A stretch of DNA of 64,000 bases from an uncultured Fibrobacteria bacterium. Lineage in GTDB: Bacteria > Fibrobacterota > Fibrobacteria > UBA11236. Positions 56,444 to 64,000 of the stretch are shown here, piece after piece (the first letter of the stretch is position 1; every line of letters starts with the position of its first letter). Location of the stretch: the NCBI GenBank assembly GCA_963716395.1, contig OY970309.1:3264001-3328000 (forward strand), in the 5' to 3' direction. The notes under the pieces are model-generated. The model was not told where the DNA came from, did not search any database, and saw nothing but the letters and a program-made list of their open reading frames with translations. The translations under genes and the position numbers were made by a program.

Positions 56444-58186
56444 ATGCCCGGATTCGAAGAGTATTACGAAGAAGAGCTGCGTTATCTGCGCGAGGCCGGA
56501 CAGGAATTCGCCGAAGCCTTTCCGGATCGCGCGCGTTACCTCAATCTGACCACCCTGGAAGATCGCGACCCCTACGTGGAGCGGCTCTTCGAAGGCTTCG
56601 CCTTTCTCTCCGGCCGCATCCGGCAAAAGCTCGACGACGACTTTCCCGAATTCGCCCGCAATCTGCTGGAGATGATCGACCCGTTGTTTCTGCGCGCCAT
56701 CCCTTCGCTGTGCATGGTCGAATTCCGCTTTCAGGAATCGCTGTTGGCGAGGCCGCATGTGCTGCCGCCGGGAACGACCTTGCTCACCAATCCCGTCGGG
56801 CGCGAAATGACGGTGTGCCGCTTTCGTACCACCAAGCCCGTGCGGCTCATGCCCGTGCGCCTCGAAAACGTCGAAGCCGTGCATCATGCGTCTTTGGGCG
56901 ACGGAATGCGCTTCGACTTTCGCATCGACGCGGCCGCCGAATTGGTGCCCGAAGATTGGGGCGAACTCCCCGTGTATTTGCACGGCGAAAGGCCGCTGGC
57001 GTATTTTCTGCATGAATTTCTGACCGCCAAGGTGGCGCAGGTGTTTCTCGAAGTGCCGGGACAGGCCGCGGCCATCGGCGGACCCGAACTCTTGACTCCG
57101 GGCGGATTCGGCGAAGACGAAAACCTGCTGCCGCCCATCGACAGCAGCTTTGAAGGCAGCCGTTTTCTGTTGGAATTCTTCGCCTTCGACGAAAAATTCC
57201 GCTTCGTGAATTTCGATCTCCGGCCTTTGTCCGGCCGGGTCCTGGGAGAAAATTTTACCCTCAAGGTGCATTTCCGCGAAGGCTTGCCCGAAGGCCGTCG
57301 CTTCGGAACCCCGAATTTCCGCCTGCACGCTTCGCCGGCCGTAAACCTCTTTCCCCTGCGCGCCGAACCCATCGTATTGGACCAACATCACTTCGAATAC
57401 TCCGTGACTCCCGAAGCCAACCGCCGCACCGAAACCTATGAAGTGGTGGGCATCACCGGCGTCGACAAAGCCACGGGACGGCACCATCCCTATCACAAGT
57501 TCAGCGACTTTCGCGTGCCGGCCGTGGCCAAGGGCGCCGCCGAAGGGTATTTCCAGGCGCGCCAGGAACCGAATGCCAAAGGCCGCTGGACCACCTATCT
57601 CACCTTGGGCCGTTACGGCGAGCGCAACACCTTCGAAGAGGAATATCTCTCGGTGGAGATTCTGGCCTTTCAAAACGGAGTCCCGCGCGAAGACATGACG
57701 GAAGGCGCTTTGAGTTCCGCCACGCCCGACTTTCCCGCCTTCGCCGAATTTTCCAACTTCACCCGGCCCACGCCGCCCATCTATCCCCCCAAGTACGAGC
57801 ATTCGCTGTGGTACCTGTTGGCCCATCTGAACATGAATTTCCGCTCGCTGTGCCAGCCGGATGTGCTCAAAGAAGTCCTCAGCCTGTATGACTGGACACG
57901 TAGCGCCCCGAACCGGAAAATCCTCGACGGTGTGGTATCGGCCACGGCGCGCAAGCGACACTTTCCCCTGGGCAGCCAATTGACGGCCGGTACGGAAGTC
58001 GTGGTCGAAGTGCGCGACGAAGCCTTTGCCGAAGGCGGGGAGCGATTGTTATTCGGACGCGTGCTGCTCGAATTTCTTTCGCAATACACCTCGATCAACC
58101 ACCGGGTGTCGCTGCGGCTCATTCAGGTGCCTTCGGGCCGCGAAACCGAATTTCAGCCGCGCGACGGACGATGTCATCCCCTGTAA
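56444..58186 (+). CDS. tssF: T6SS baseplate subunit TssF
   Basis: YYEEELRYLRE..EFA, DPYVERLFEGFAFL, LDDDFPE, LLEFFAF, PAVNLF, YTSIN. Confidence 0.95.
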   Translation: MPGFEEYYEEELRYLREAGQEFAEAFPDRARYLNLTTLEDRDPYVERLFEGFAFLSGRIRQKLDDDFPEFARNLLEMIDPLFLRAIPSLCMVEFRFQESLLARPHVLPPGTTLLTNPVGREMTVCRFRTTKPVRLMPVRLENVEAVHHASLGDGMRFDFRIDAAAELVPEDWGELPVYLHGERPLAYFLHEFLTAKVAQVFLEVPGQAAAIGGPELLTPGGFGEDENLLPPIDSSFEGSRFLLEFFAFDEKFRFVNFDLRPLSGRVLGENFTLKVHFREGLPEGRRFGTPNFRLHASPAVNLFPLRAEPIVLDQHHFEYSVTPEANRRTETYEVVGITGVDKATGRHHPYHKFSDFRVPAVAKGAAEGYFQARQEPNAKGRWTTYLTLGRYGERNTFEEEYLSVEILAFQNGVPREDMTEGALSSATPDFPAFAEFSNFTRPTPPIYPPKYEHSLWYLLAHLNMNFRSLCQPDVLKEVLSLYDWTRSAPNRKILDGVVSATARKRHFPLGSQLTAGTEVVVEVRDEAFAEGGERLLFGRVLLEFLSQYTSINHRVSLRLIQVPSGRETEFQPRDGRCHPL

Positions 58187-59283
58187 TCCAACGCCTGCTG
58201 GAAGGTGCGCCCGACTTCAATTTTTTCCAGGCCGTCCGCATTCTGGAAAGTCTTTTCCCCGGCGCGGCGCGTCCCGGTGAAGGCGACGATTTGGCCCGGG
58301 AAGCTTTTCGCATCGAAACCCTGAACACCCTGGCCTTCCCCGCCTCCGAAATCCATTCGCTGTTGCCTCCCAAAAGCTATGGGGAGCAACGCGATGATCT
58401 GGAAAAAGCGCATGGCAAGGAATTCGATTGGGAGCGGCCGGCGTTCGACCTCGATCTCTTGGCCCTGGTGCAAGAGCGCCGCATTCCGGCTCGGCTGCTG
58501 GTGACCTTCATGGGGCTGTACGGCGTATCCAGCCCGCTGCCCTCCTACTTCATCGATCCTATCACCTTGCGCAAGGTGGAATACTTCGAGTTGAAAAAAT
58601 TCCTCGACTTTTTCGGCCACCGATTTTACTCGCTGTTCTATCGGGCCTGGAAAAAATACCGCCACCCGTTGCACTTCGACCCCGACGGCCCGGACTCCAC
58701 CACGTTGCGCCTTGTGGCCATGACCGGGCAATGGCCCCGCCGCCTGCGGACCGCCGGCCGCGAAGAAAAGCCCGCCTTGGATCTGGCCCGCATTCCTTTC
58801 GCGCGTTTTCTCGGCAGCCGCGTGCGCAGCGCCCGCGGCCTGGAGCAATTGCTGCGGGGGTATTTCCGCTTTCCCCAGGTGCGCGTGCGTTCCTTTGCGC
58901 CGACTTGGTTCGACATTCCCGCAATGACGTGTTTGGGCCGGCCCGGCAACACTCTGGGCGCCGGAGCGCGTCTGGGAATGCGCATGGAAGATCGCGTCTT
59001 CAGTTTCACGGTGGAGATCGGCCCCTTGCCCGAAGCCGAATTCCTGGCGATGCAGATCAGTCTGTGGCGCGCAGGCGAAGCGGCATCAGGGCCGGCTCCG
59101 CTGTGGGAGCGCGTACGCGCAATGGTCGACGCCTATTTGCGCGATCCCCTGTTCTTTGAAGTGCGCGTGCTGCTGGCCTCCGAGGTCGGAGCGGCGCCTC
59201 GGCTCGGATCCGACTCGTTCCGCCTGGGGGGCTATTGCTGGATGGGAAGCGCGCCCCGGCAGACCGTGTCCTTGCGTTTCTGA
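58171..59283 (+). CDS. tssG: T6SS baseplate subunit TssG
   Basis: FNFFQAVRILE, LAFPASEI, FMGLYGVSSPLP, FLDFFGHR...YRAWKKY, VEIGPL. Confidence 0.93.
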   Translation: MSSPVIQRLLEGAPDFNFFQAVRILESLFPGAARPGEGDDLAREAFRIETLNTLAFPASEIHSLLPPKSYGEQRDDLEKAHGKEFDWERPAFDLDLLALVQERRIPARLLVTFMGLYGVSSPLPSYFIDPITLRKVEYFELKKFLDFFGHRFYSLFYRAWKKYRHPLHFDPDGPDSTTLRLVAMTGQWPRRLRTAGREEKPALDLARIPFARFLGSRVRSARGLEQLLRGYFRFPQVRVRSFAPTWFDIPAMTCLGRPGNTLGAGARLGMRMEDRVFSFTVEIGPLPEAEFLAMQISLWRAGEAASGPAPLWERVRAMVDAYLRDPLFFEVRVLLASEVGAAPRLGSDSFRLGGYCWMGSAPRQTVSLRF

Positions 59284-59354
59284 TCCGCAACCGCTGCGCA
59301 TGGAAAGCGGCTGAAGTCGGGACCCGAACGCGGCATTTCGCTATATTACTCCCC

Positions 59355-60638
59355 ATGACTCTAAAATCAGCACTTCTGCCGTGGTTGCTGGGAGCCGCCG
59401 CTTTGGCCGGCGCCGAACCGGCCCCACAACCGATTCAAATCTGGGTGAGCTCGCAAACCGATCTCAAGTATTACCAGGAAATGGTGACCCTTTACCGGGA
59501 GCAGGTCGATAAAAATTTCACCGCCGACGTGCACGCCTATGGCTTCACCGAGATGCCCAACAAACTGGCGGTGGCCATCAAGAGCGGCATCAATACGCCC
59601 GACCTCGTGCAACTCGACGAAATATTCTTCAGCCTTTATCTCCGCGGCGAAGTGCCTTTCGTCGACCTCACCGACCGGCTGCAGCAAAGCCCCATCAGCA
59701 GCGGCATGGTGCCGCAACGCATGAACCTTTTTCGCTGGCAAGGACGCATCTACGGCGTTCCCCAAAGCCTGAGCGCGGTGGTGCTGTGGTATCGCCAGGA
59801 TCTTTTTCAGCAACTGAAAATCAGCCCGGACGACATCAACACCTGGGATAAATTCGAGGCGGTGGGGCGCCGAATCCGATCGGATAACCATAAACTCATC
59901 GCCCTGGATTGGTCGTATCTCGAAATCCTGCTGCGCCAGCGGGGCTATGATTTGTTCGGCCCCGACGGAAAGCTATTCACCGACTCGGCGGTCATCGTCG
60001 ACACCTGGAACAAGCTGCGAACCTGGCAGCAGGACAGCATCGGCTTTGTGCCCGATCGCGCTTCCATTTTCGATCCGGCCTTTTATACCAATTACGCGGC
60101 CAACAATTCGGTGCTGACTTTGATGGGGCCGGATTGGTTCGGACTCGATATTCTGCAAAACATGGACCCGAAACACAAAGGCTTGTGGCGCGCCATGCCT
60201 TTGCCCATCTGGACCGACTCGGTTTCGAAAAGCCGCCGCAATACTTCCTGTTTTTCGGGGCAAGGGCTGATGATTTTCAAAAAAAGCCGTCACATCGACG
60301 CCAGTTGGAAATTCATGGAATGGGTCATGACGGATGTCGACGCCAATGTGCAGCGCTATCTCGAAGGCAATTGCTTTCCCGCCTATAAACCGGCCTGGAC
60401 CGACCTGCGCTTCTCGCGCAAGGACCCTTATTTCGGCAACCAGGATTTGTCGGAGCTGTTCATGGATATATCGTCGAACCTTCCGTCGACGACCCAATCG
60501 CCGCTGCACGCCATGGTGGTGAATATGCTGCGCGAATCGTATTTCATCCCCGTGGTCCGCCAAACCGCCTTACCCTCCGAAGCCATACGAACCATCATCG
60601 ACAAGATCGCCCAAATGTCGGCCGCGAAAAAACCCTGA
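59355..60638 (+). CDS. Carbohydrate ABC transporter substrate-binding protein
   Basis: Signal peptide from ATG 59355; PDLVQLD, GRIYGVP, LWYRQDLF, TWDKF, WKFMEW; first gene of the ABC operon. Confidence 0.88.
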   Translation: MTLKSALLPWLLGAAALAGAEPAPQPIQIWVSSQTDLKYYQEMVTLYREQVDKNFTADVHAYGFTEMPNKLAVAIKSGINTPDLVQLDEIFFSLYLRGEVPFVDLTDRLQQSPISSGMVPQRMNLFRWQGRIYGVPQSLSAVVLWYRQDLFQQLKISPDDINTWDKFEAVGRRIRSDNHKLIALDWSYLEILLRQRGYDLFGPDGKLFTDSAVIVDTWNKLRTWQQDSIGFVPDRASIFDPAFYTNYAANNSVLTLMGPDWFGLDILQNMDPKHKGLWRAMPLPIWTDSVSKSRRNTSCFSGQGLMIFKKSRHIDASWKFMEWVMTDVDANVQRYLEGNCFPAYKPAWTDLRFSRKDPYFGNQDLSELFMDISSNLPSTTQSPLHAMVVNMLRESYFIPVVRQTALPSEAIRTIIDKIAQMSAAKKP

Positions 60639-60649
60639 GCGGAACGCCC

Positions 60650-61540
60650 GTGCCCCAACCCCGCCGGGCCCGACCCGTTCCCTATTTGCTCGCGGCGCCG
60701 TTCTTCGCGGCGCTTTTCTGTTTCTGGCTGGTGCCTTTGGTGCGAGGCTTCCACCTCAGCTTTGAAAGCGACACCTTGTACGGCGCTTCGTCTTTCGTGG
60801 GATTCGAGCATTACCGCGCGCTGCTGCATGATCCGCGATTCGGGCACGCCTTGATCAATACTTTGGTGTACTGCGGTCTGGCGTTGCTGCTCATCATTCC
60901 CGCGGCGCTGGGGGTGGCGCATTTGCTCCGACGCGCGCCGGCCCGGTTGCGCGGGCCCTTGCAATTCTGTCTGCTTTTGCCCGGACTCACGCCGCCGCTG
61001 GTGTTGGCTTTACTGTATTTGCTGGTGTTCAACGGACCGCACGGATTGTTGAACCGCGTGTTTCTCCACCCTTTCGGATTTCCGAATATCGACTGGATTC
61101 GCGATCCCCGCTTCATCAAACCCAGCATGGCCATATTGGCATTCTGGCGCTGGACCGGATTTATCGCTTTGATCTTCCTCTCCGCATTGGAAGGAATTCC
61201 CCATGCCGTGGTGGATGCCGCGGCCGTCGAAGGCGCAACCCCCTGGCAAATTTTTCGCCGGGTCACCTTGCCGCTGTTGCGCCCGGTTACGGTCTTTGTA
61301 GCCGCCTTCCTATTTCTCGACGCCTTCGTACTCTTTGAAGGCGCGTACGTGTTGCTGGGCGATTCGGGCGGTGCCCTCGACGCGGGGTTGCTGCTGATTT
61401 CCTATGCCTATATTACCGCCTTCACCTACGGAAATTTCGGAAGCGCGGCGGCCATGTCGTTTACCATGACTCCGGTATTGATGCTGGCCTTGTGGTTCAT
61501 CCTCCTCCGGGGCCGCCGGCCGCGCCCGGCTCGCTCCTGA
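60650..61540 (+). CDS. Carbohydrate ABC transporter permease (MalF/UgpA type)
   Basis: FVGFEHY, six TM helices, EAA loop DAAAVEGATPWQIFRRVTLPLL, FGSAAA. Confidence 0.92.
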   Translation: MPQPRRARPVPYLLAAPFFAALFCFWLVPLVRGFHLSFESDTLYGASSFVGFEHYRALLHDPRFGHALINTLVYCGLALLLIIPAALGVAHLLRRAPARLRGPLQFCLLLPGLTPPLVLALLYLLVFNGPHGLLNRVFLHPFGFPNIDWIRDPRFIKPSMAILAFWRWTGFIALIFLSALEGIPHAVVDAAAVEGATPWQIFRRVTLPLLRPVTVFVAAFLFLDAFVLFEGAYVLLGDSGGALDAGLLLISYAYITAFTYGNFGSAAAMSFTMTPVLMLALWFILLRGRRPRPARS

Positions 61541-61544
61541 TCCC

Positions 61545-62372
61545 ATGCGGCGGCGTCGAATTTGGCTTTCGGCCGTGGCCGCCCTGCTGTTGATGGTATT
61601 GGGCATCGCCTTCGCCTTTCCGTTCGCATGGATGTTCTGTGCGGGCTTTAAATCCGACGCCGCTATTTTCTCGACCTTTCCCCTCTTGCCCGAGCATTTC
61701 GACGGGCAATATTACCGCTCTTTGCTCACGGGTGAATGGATTCCCTATGTGCGCCAGTTTTGGAATTCGCTGTTCATCGCGTGCGTGGAAACGGTCCTGG
61801 CCACCGCTTTCGCCTGCGGCGCGGGTTATGTTTTCGCCAAATTCCCTTTCCGTTGGAAGCGCATCTGGTTCGCCCTGGCGATTCTGGCCATACTCGTGCC
61901 GCGCCAAGTCTTGCTGCTGCCCCTGTTCACCTGGATGAACACCTTGTCTTTGCTCGACACGCCCTGGGCCGTGATTTTGCCGGGCGCGGCCAGCGGTATC
62001 GGCGTTCTGTATTTCACCGCCGCCTTCCGCCGTCTGCCCGACGCCTTGCTCGACATGGCGCGCTGCGAAGGCGCCGGAGAATACCGCGCCTTTTTCACAG
62101 CTTTGCCTTTGGTACGGCCGGCCTGGATCGCCTTTGCCTTGATCGAATTCGTGCTGTGCTGGCAGGATCATTTGCTGCCGCTGGTCATGCTGACTTCCAA
62201 TCAAAAACTCACGGTGACCATCGCCCTGGCCAGTCTCGAAGCCGGCAGCATCCGCGTGCATTACGGGCTGCTCATGGCCGGATGTACTTTGACCTTGGTG
62301 CCCACCGCGCTGTTCTTTGTCCTCGCCTACCGCCACTTCCGCACGGCCCTGGCCAACCTCACCGAGATGTGA
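61545..62372 (+). CDS. Carbohydrate ABC transporter permease (MalG/UgpE type)
   Basis: PFAWM, FWNSL, AGYVFAKFPF, EAA loop LDMARCEGAG. Confidence 0.92.
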   Translation: MRRRRIWLSAVAALLLMVLGIAFAFPFAWMFCAGFKSDAAIFSTFPLLPEHFDGQYYRSLLTGEWIPYVRQFWNSLFIACVETVLATAFACGAGYVFAKFPFRWKRIWFALAILAILVPRQVLLLPLFTWMNTLSLLDTPWAVILPGAASGIGVLYFTAAFRRLPDALLDMARCEGAGEYRAFFTALPLVRPAWIAFALIEFVLCWQDHLLPLVMLTSNQKLTVTIALASLEAGSIRVHYGLLMAGCTLTLVPTALFFVLAYRHFRTALANLTEM

Positions 62373-62373
62373 C

Positions 62374-63474
62374 ATGGCCGCTTTGCGACTCGAAGCCTTG
62401 AGCAAAACCTTTCCCGGCGGCGTGCAGGCGCTGGGCGATTTTTCCCTGGAGGTGGCGGAAGGAGAATTGGTGGCCATCGTCGGTCCTTCGGGGTGCGGCA
62501 AGTCGACCCTGTTGCGGATCATCGCGGGACTCGAAGAACAGACTTCCGGAAGCGTGTGCCTGGGTGATCGCCCTCTCGACAGACTGCCACCGCGTCGGCG
62601 CGACGTGGCCATTGTGTTCCAGAGCTACACCTTGCTGCCCCATCTCACCGTGGCCGGCAATCTCGGCTTCGGACTCAAATTACGCGGGACACCCAGGGCC
62701 GAATGCGCCGCCCGCGTTCAGGATATGGCCAAAACTCTGGGCATTGTAGAATTGCTGCGCCGTTTTCCCGAAGAGATCAGCGGCGGCGAACGCCAGCGCG
62801 TGGCCTTGGGCCGCGCCATTCTGCGCCGCCCGCAGGTGTTTCTGTTCGACGAGCCGCTTTCCAGCCTCGATGCGCAGATGCGCCTGCAACTGCGCGTGGA
62901 AATCCAGCGCCTGCACCAGCATCAAAGTGCGCCCATGCTCTTCGTGACCCACGATCAAAGCGAAGCGCTCACCTTGGGAGATCGTGTAGTGGTCTTGCAT
63001 CAGGGCCGCATGCGTCAAATCGCGCCGCCCGATCGGCTCTATGCCCGGCCTGCCGACACCGTGGTGGCCGCCTTTATCGGCGCGCCCGGAATGAATCTGT
63101 TTCCGGGTCGGCTGGAGGCGGAAAATGGAACACTGCGTTTTCAATCTCCGGCGCTTGCGTTCACGCCCACGCCGGAACAAGTCAGCCGCCTGGGCGGCCG
63201 CCGCGCCATTATCGCCGGGTTACGACCCGAGCATGTTCGACCGGCGGACGACGTGCGCGCTCTGCGGGGCGAAGTCACGGCCACCGAACGCCAGGCCGGA
63301 CAGGTCTGTCTATATCTGAAAAACGGCGCGACCGCTTTCGCTGTCAAGTTTCCCGGGCCGCATTTCGCCCCGCGCGTGGGCGCGACGCTTGGCTTTGACT
63401 TTCACACCAGCGACGCGTTTTTTTTCGAGGCGGAAACGGGCCGACTTTTGCTTGCCGGGTCGGACCCGGCCTAG
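62374..63474 (+). CDS. Carbohydrate ABC transporter ATP-binding protein (MalK/UgpC type)
   Basis: Walker A GPSGCGKST, ISGGERQRVALGRA, FLFDEPLS, VTHDQ, FIGAPGMN, LRPE; ATG 62374. Confidence 0.95.
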   Translation: MAALRLEALSKTFPGGVQALGDFSLEVAEGELVAIVGPSGCGKSTLLRIIAGLEEQTSGSVCLGDRPLDRLPPRRRDVAIVFQSYTLLPHLTVAGNLGFGLKLRGTPRAECAARVQDMAKTLGIVELLRRFPEEISGGERQRVALGRAILRRPQVFLFDEPLSSLDAQMRLQLRVEIQRLHQHQSAPMLFVTHDQSEALTLGDRVVVLHQGRMRQIAPPDRLYARPADTVVAAFIGAPGMNLFPGRLEAENGTLRFQSPALAFTPTPEQVSRLGGRRAIIAGLRPEHVRPADDVRALRGEVTATERQAGQVCLYLKNGATAFAVKFPGPHFAPRVGATLGFDFHTSDAFFFEAETGRLLLAGSDPA

Positions 63475-63476
63475 CG

Positions 63477-63827
63477 TCAGGGTTTCAACAAGTCGTTCAG
63501 ATCCGCATACAGGCTGCGCAGTTCGATTTCAGCCTCACGGATTTTGTCGATCATTTTTTTGGCCTTGTCGAACCGGCCGTCATCCAAGGGCCGCAACGCC
63601 TTGCCGCGCGGCGCCTCGCCCTTAATCTTAGATCCGCGCGTCGGCATCTCTTCGCCGCTCTTTTTCAGCCAATCGCGGATGGCGATATAGGAAACGCCGA
63701 ATTTATCCTGGGCCTGCTTCATCGCGCCCCGGCCGGGATTGGATTTTACAAAGTCCATCACCTCTTGTTTTTGCTCATTGGAATAACGCACGCCCCGACC
63801 TTTTTTGATTTCATTCATTTCGTCCAT
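63477..63827 (-). CDS. Small HTH DNA-binding protein with C-terminal coiled coil
   Basis: RYSNEQKQEV...AQDKFGVSYIAIRDWLKK is a transposase-like/homeodomain-like HTH; no DDE gene adjacent. Confidence 0.7.
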   Translation of the reverse strand: MDEMNEIKKGRGVRYSNEQKQEVMDFVKSNPGRGAMKQAQDKFGVSYIAIRDWLKKSGEEMPTRGSKIKGEAPRGKALRPLDDGRFDKAKKMIDKIREAEIELRSLYADLNDLLKP

Positions 63828-63872
63828 AGACCTTTCCGGTATTTGGTAGGAAGCACAAATTTAAAATCAAAA

Positions 63873-63884
63873 TTGAATATTCAA
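63873..63884. promoter_or_regulatory. Perfect 12-bp palindrome upstream of the HTH gene (candidate operator)
   Basis: TTGAATATTCAA within an AT-rich intergenic region of about 67 bp. Confidence 0.45.
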
Positions 63885-63894
63885 ATAATTTTAT

Positions 63895-63999
63895 TTAGCG
63901 GCCTTCGGCCAAGCGGTTGATCAGAAATTCGGCGAAGCCCAGCGCCCGCATGCGCTCCTGGGTTTTGGCCACGTCGTATTCGACGCGCACGATCTCCAC
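63895..63999 (-). CDS. C-terminus of a metallophosphoesterase-family protein (partial)
   Basis: VEIVRVEYDVAKTQERMRALGFAEFLINRLAEGR* matches the typical R-V-x-Y-D...L-x-x-R-L-x-x-G-R ending of this family. Confidence 0.65.
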   Translation of the reverse strand: MEIVRVEYDVAKTQERMRALGFAEFLINRLAEGR

Positions 64000-64000
64000 G

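Noticed and set aside
63477-63827. IS3-family insertion sequence
   Set aside because: Only an HTH is present, with no orfB/DDE domain, frameshift signal or inverted repeats.
1-64000. CRISPR arrays, tRNA/rRNA genes, parS sites, prophage genes
   Set aside because: No repeat-spacer periodicity, cloverleaf or rRNA signatures, or TGTTTCACGTGAAACA palindrome seen by eye. The phage-tail-like genes are explained by the T6SS.

Overview
GC-rich bacterial chromosomal window with about 50 densely packed genes. I found no rRNA, tRNA, CRISPR array or intact mobile element. Several proteins (a WD40/PD40-Omp85 protein, a standalone Reg_prop propeller, D-S/T-rich linkers) suggest an FCB-group diderm, possibly Fibrobacterota; this is inference only. 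Core and housekeeping genes: dnaA (without dnaN/gyrB/rpmH and with no DnaA-box cluster), smc, topB-like topoisomerase, rnr, lspA, rluD, aroD, korAB, ptsP/ptsN, glgA(glgM)-glgE, squalene synthase, a sigma54 two-component pair and a carbohydrate ABC importer. The main accessory element is a proteobacterial-type type VI secretion locus (tssK-L-M-A-B-C-hcp-E-F-G, 45.5-59.3 kb) with no tssJ, clpV, vgrG, PAAR or effectors in the window. Less obvious signals: (1) three intact ORFs that have lost their catalytic residues, namely a resolvase-like protein upstream of topB, a His-less hybrid kinase and a CobS-like protein, the last two in one apparent operon with RNase R; (2) a metallopeptidase-propeller-Omp85 fusion whose linker is rich in D-(S/T) sequons; (3) a GlgE that appears to lack domain S; (4) 12-bp-period TTAAT tandem repeats in two separate intergenic regions. 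All family calls come from recognising motifs by eye; no database search was run.
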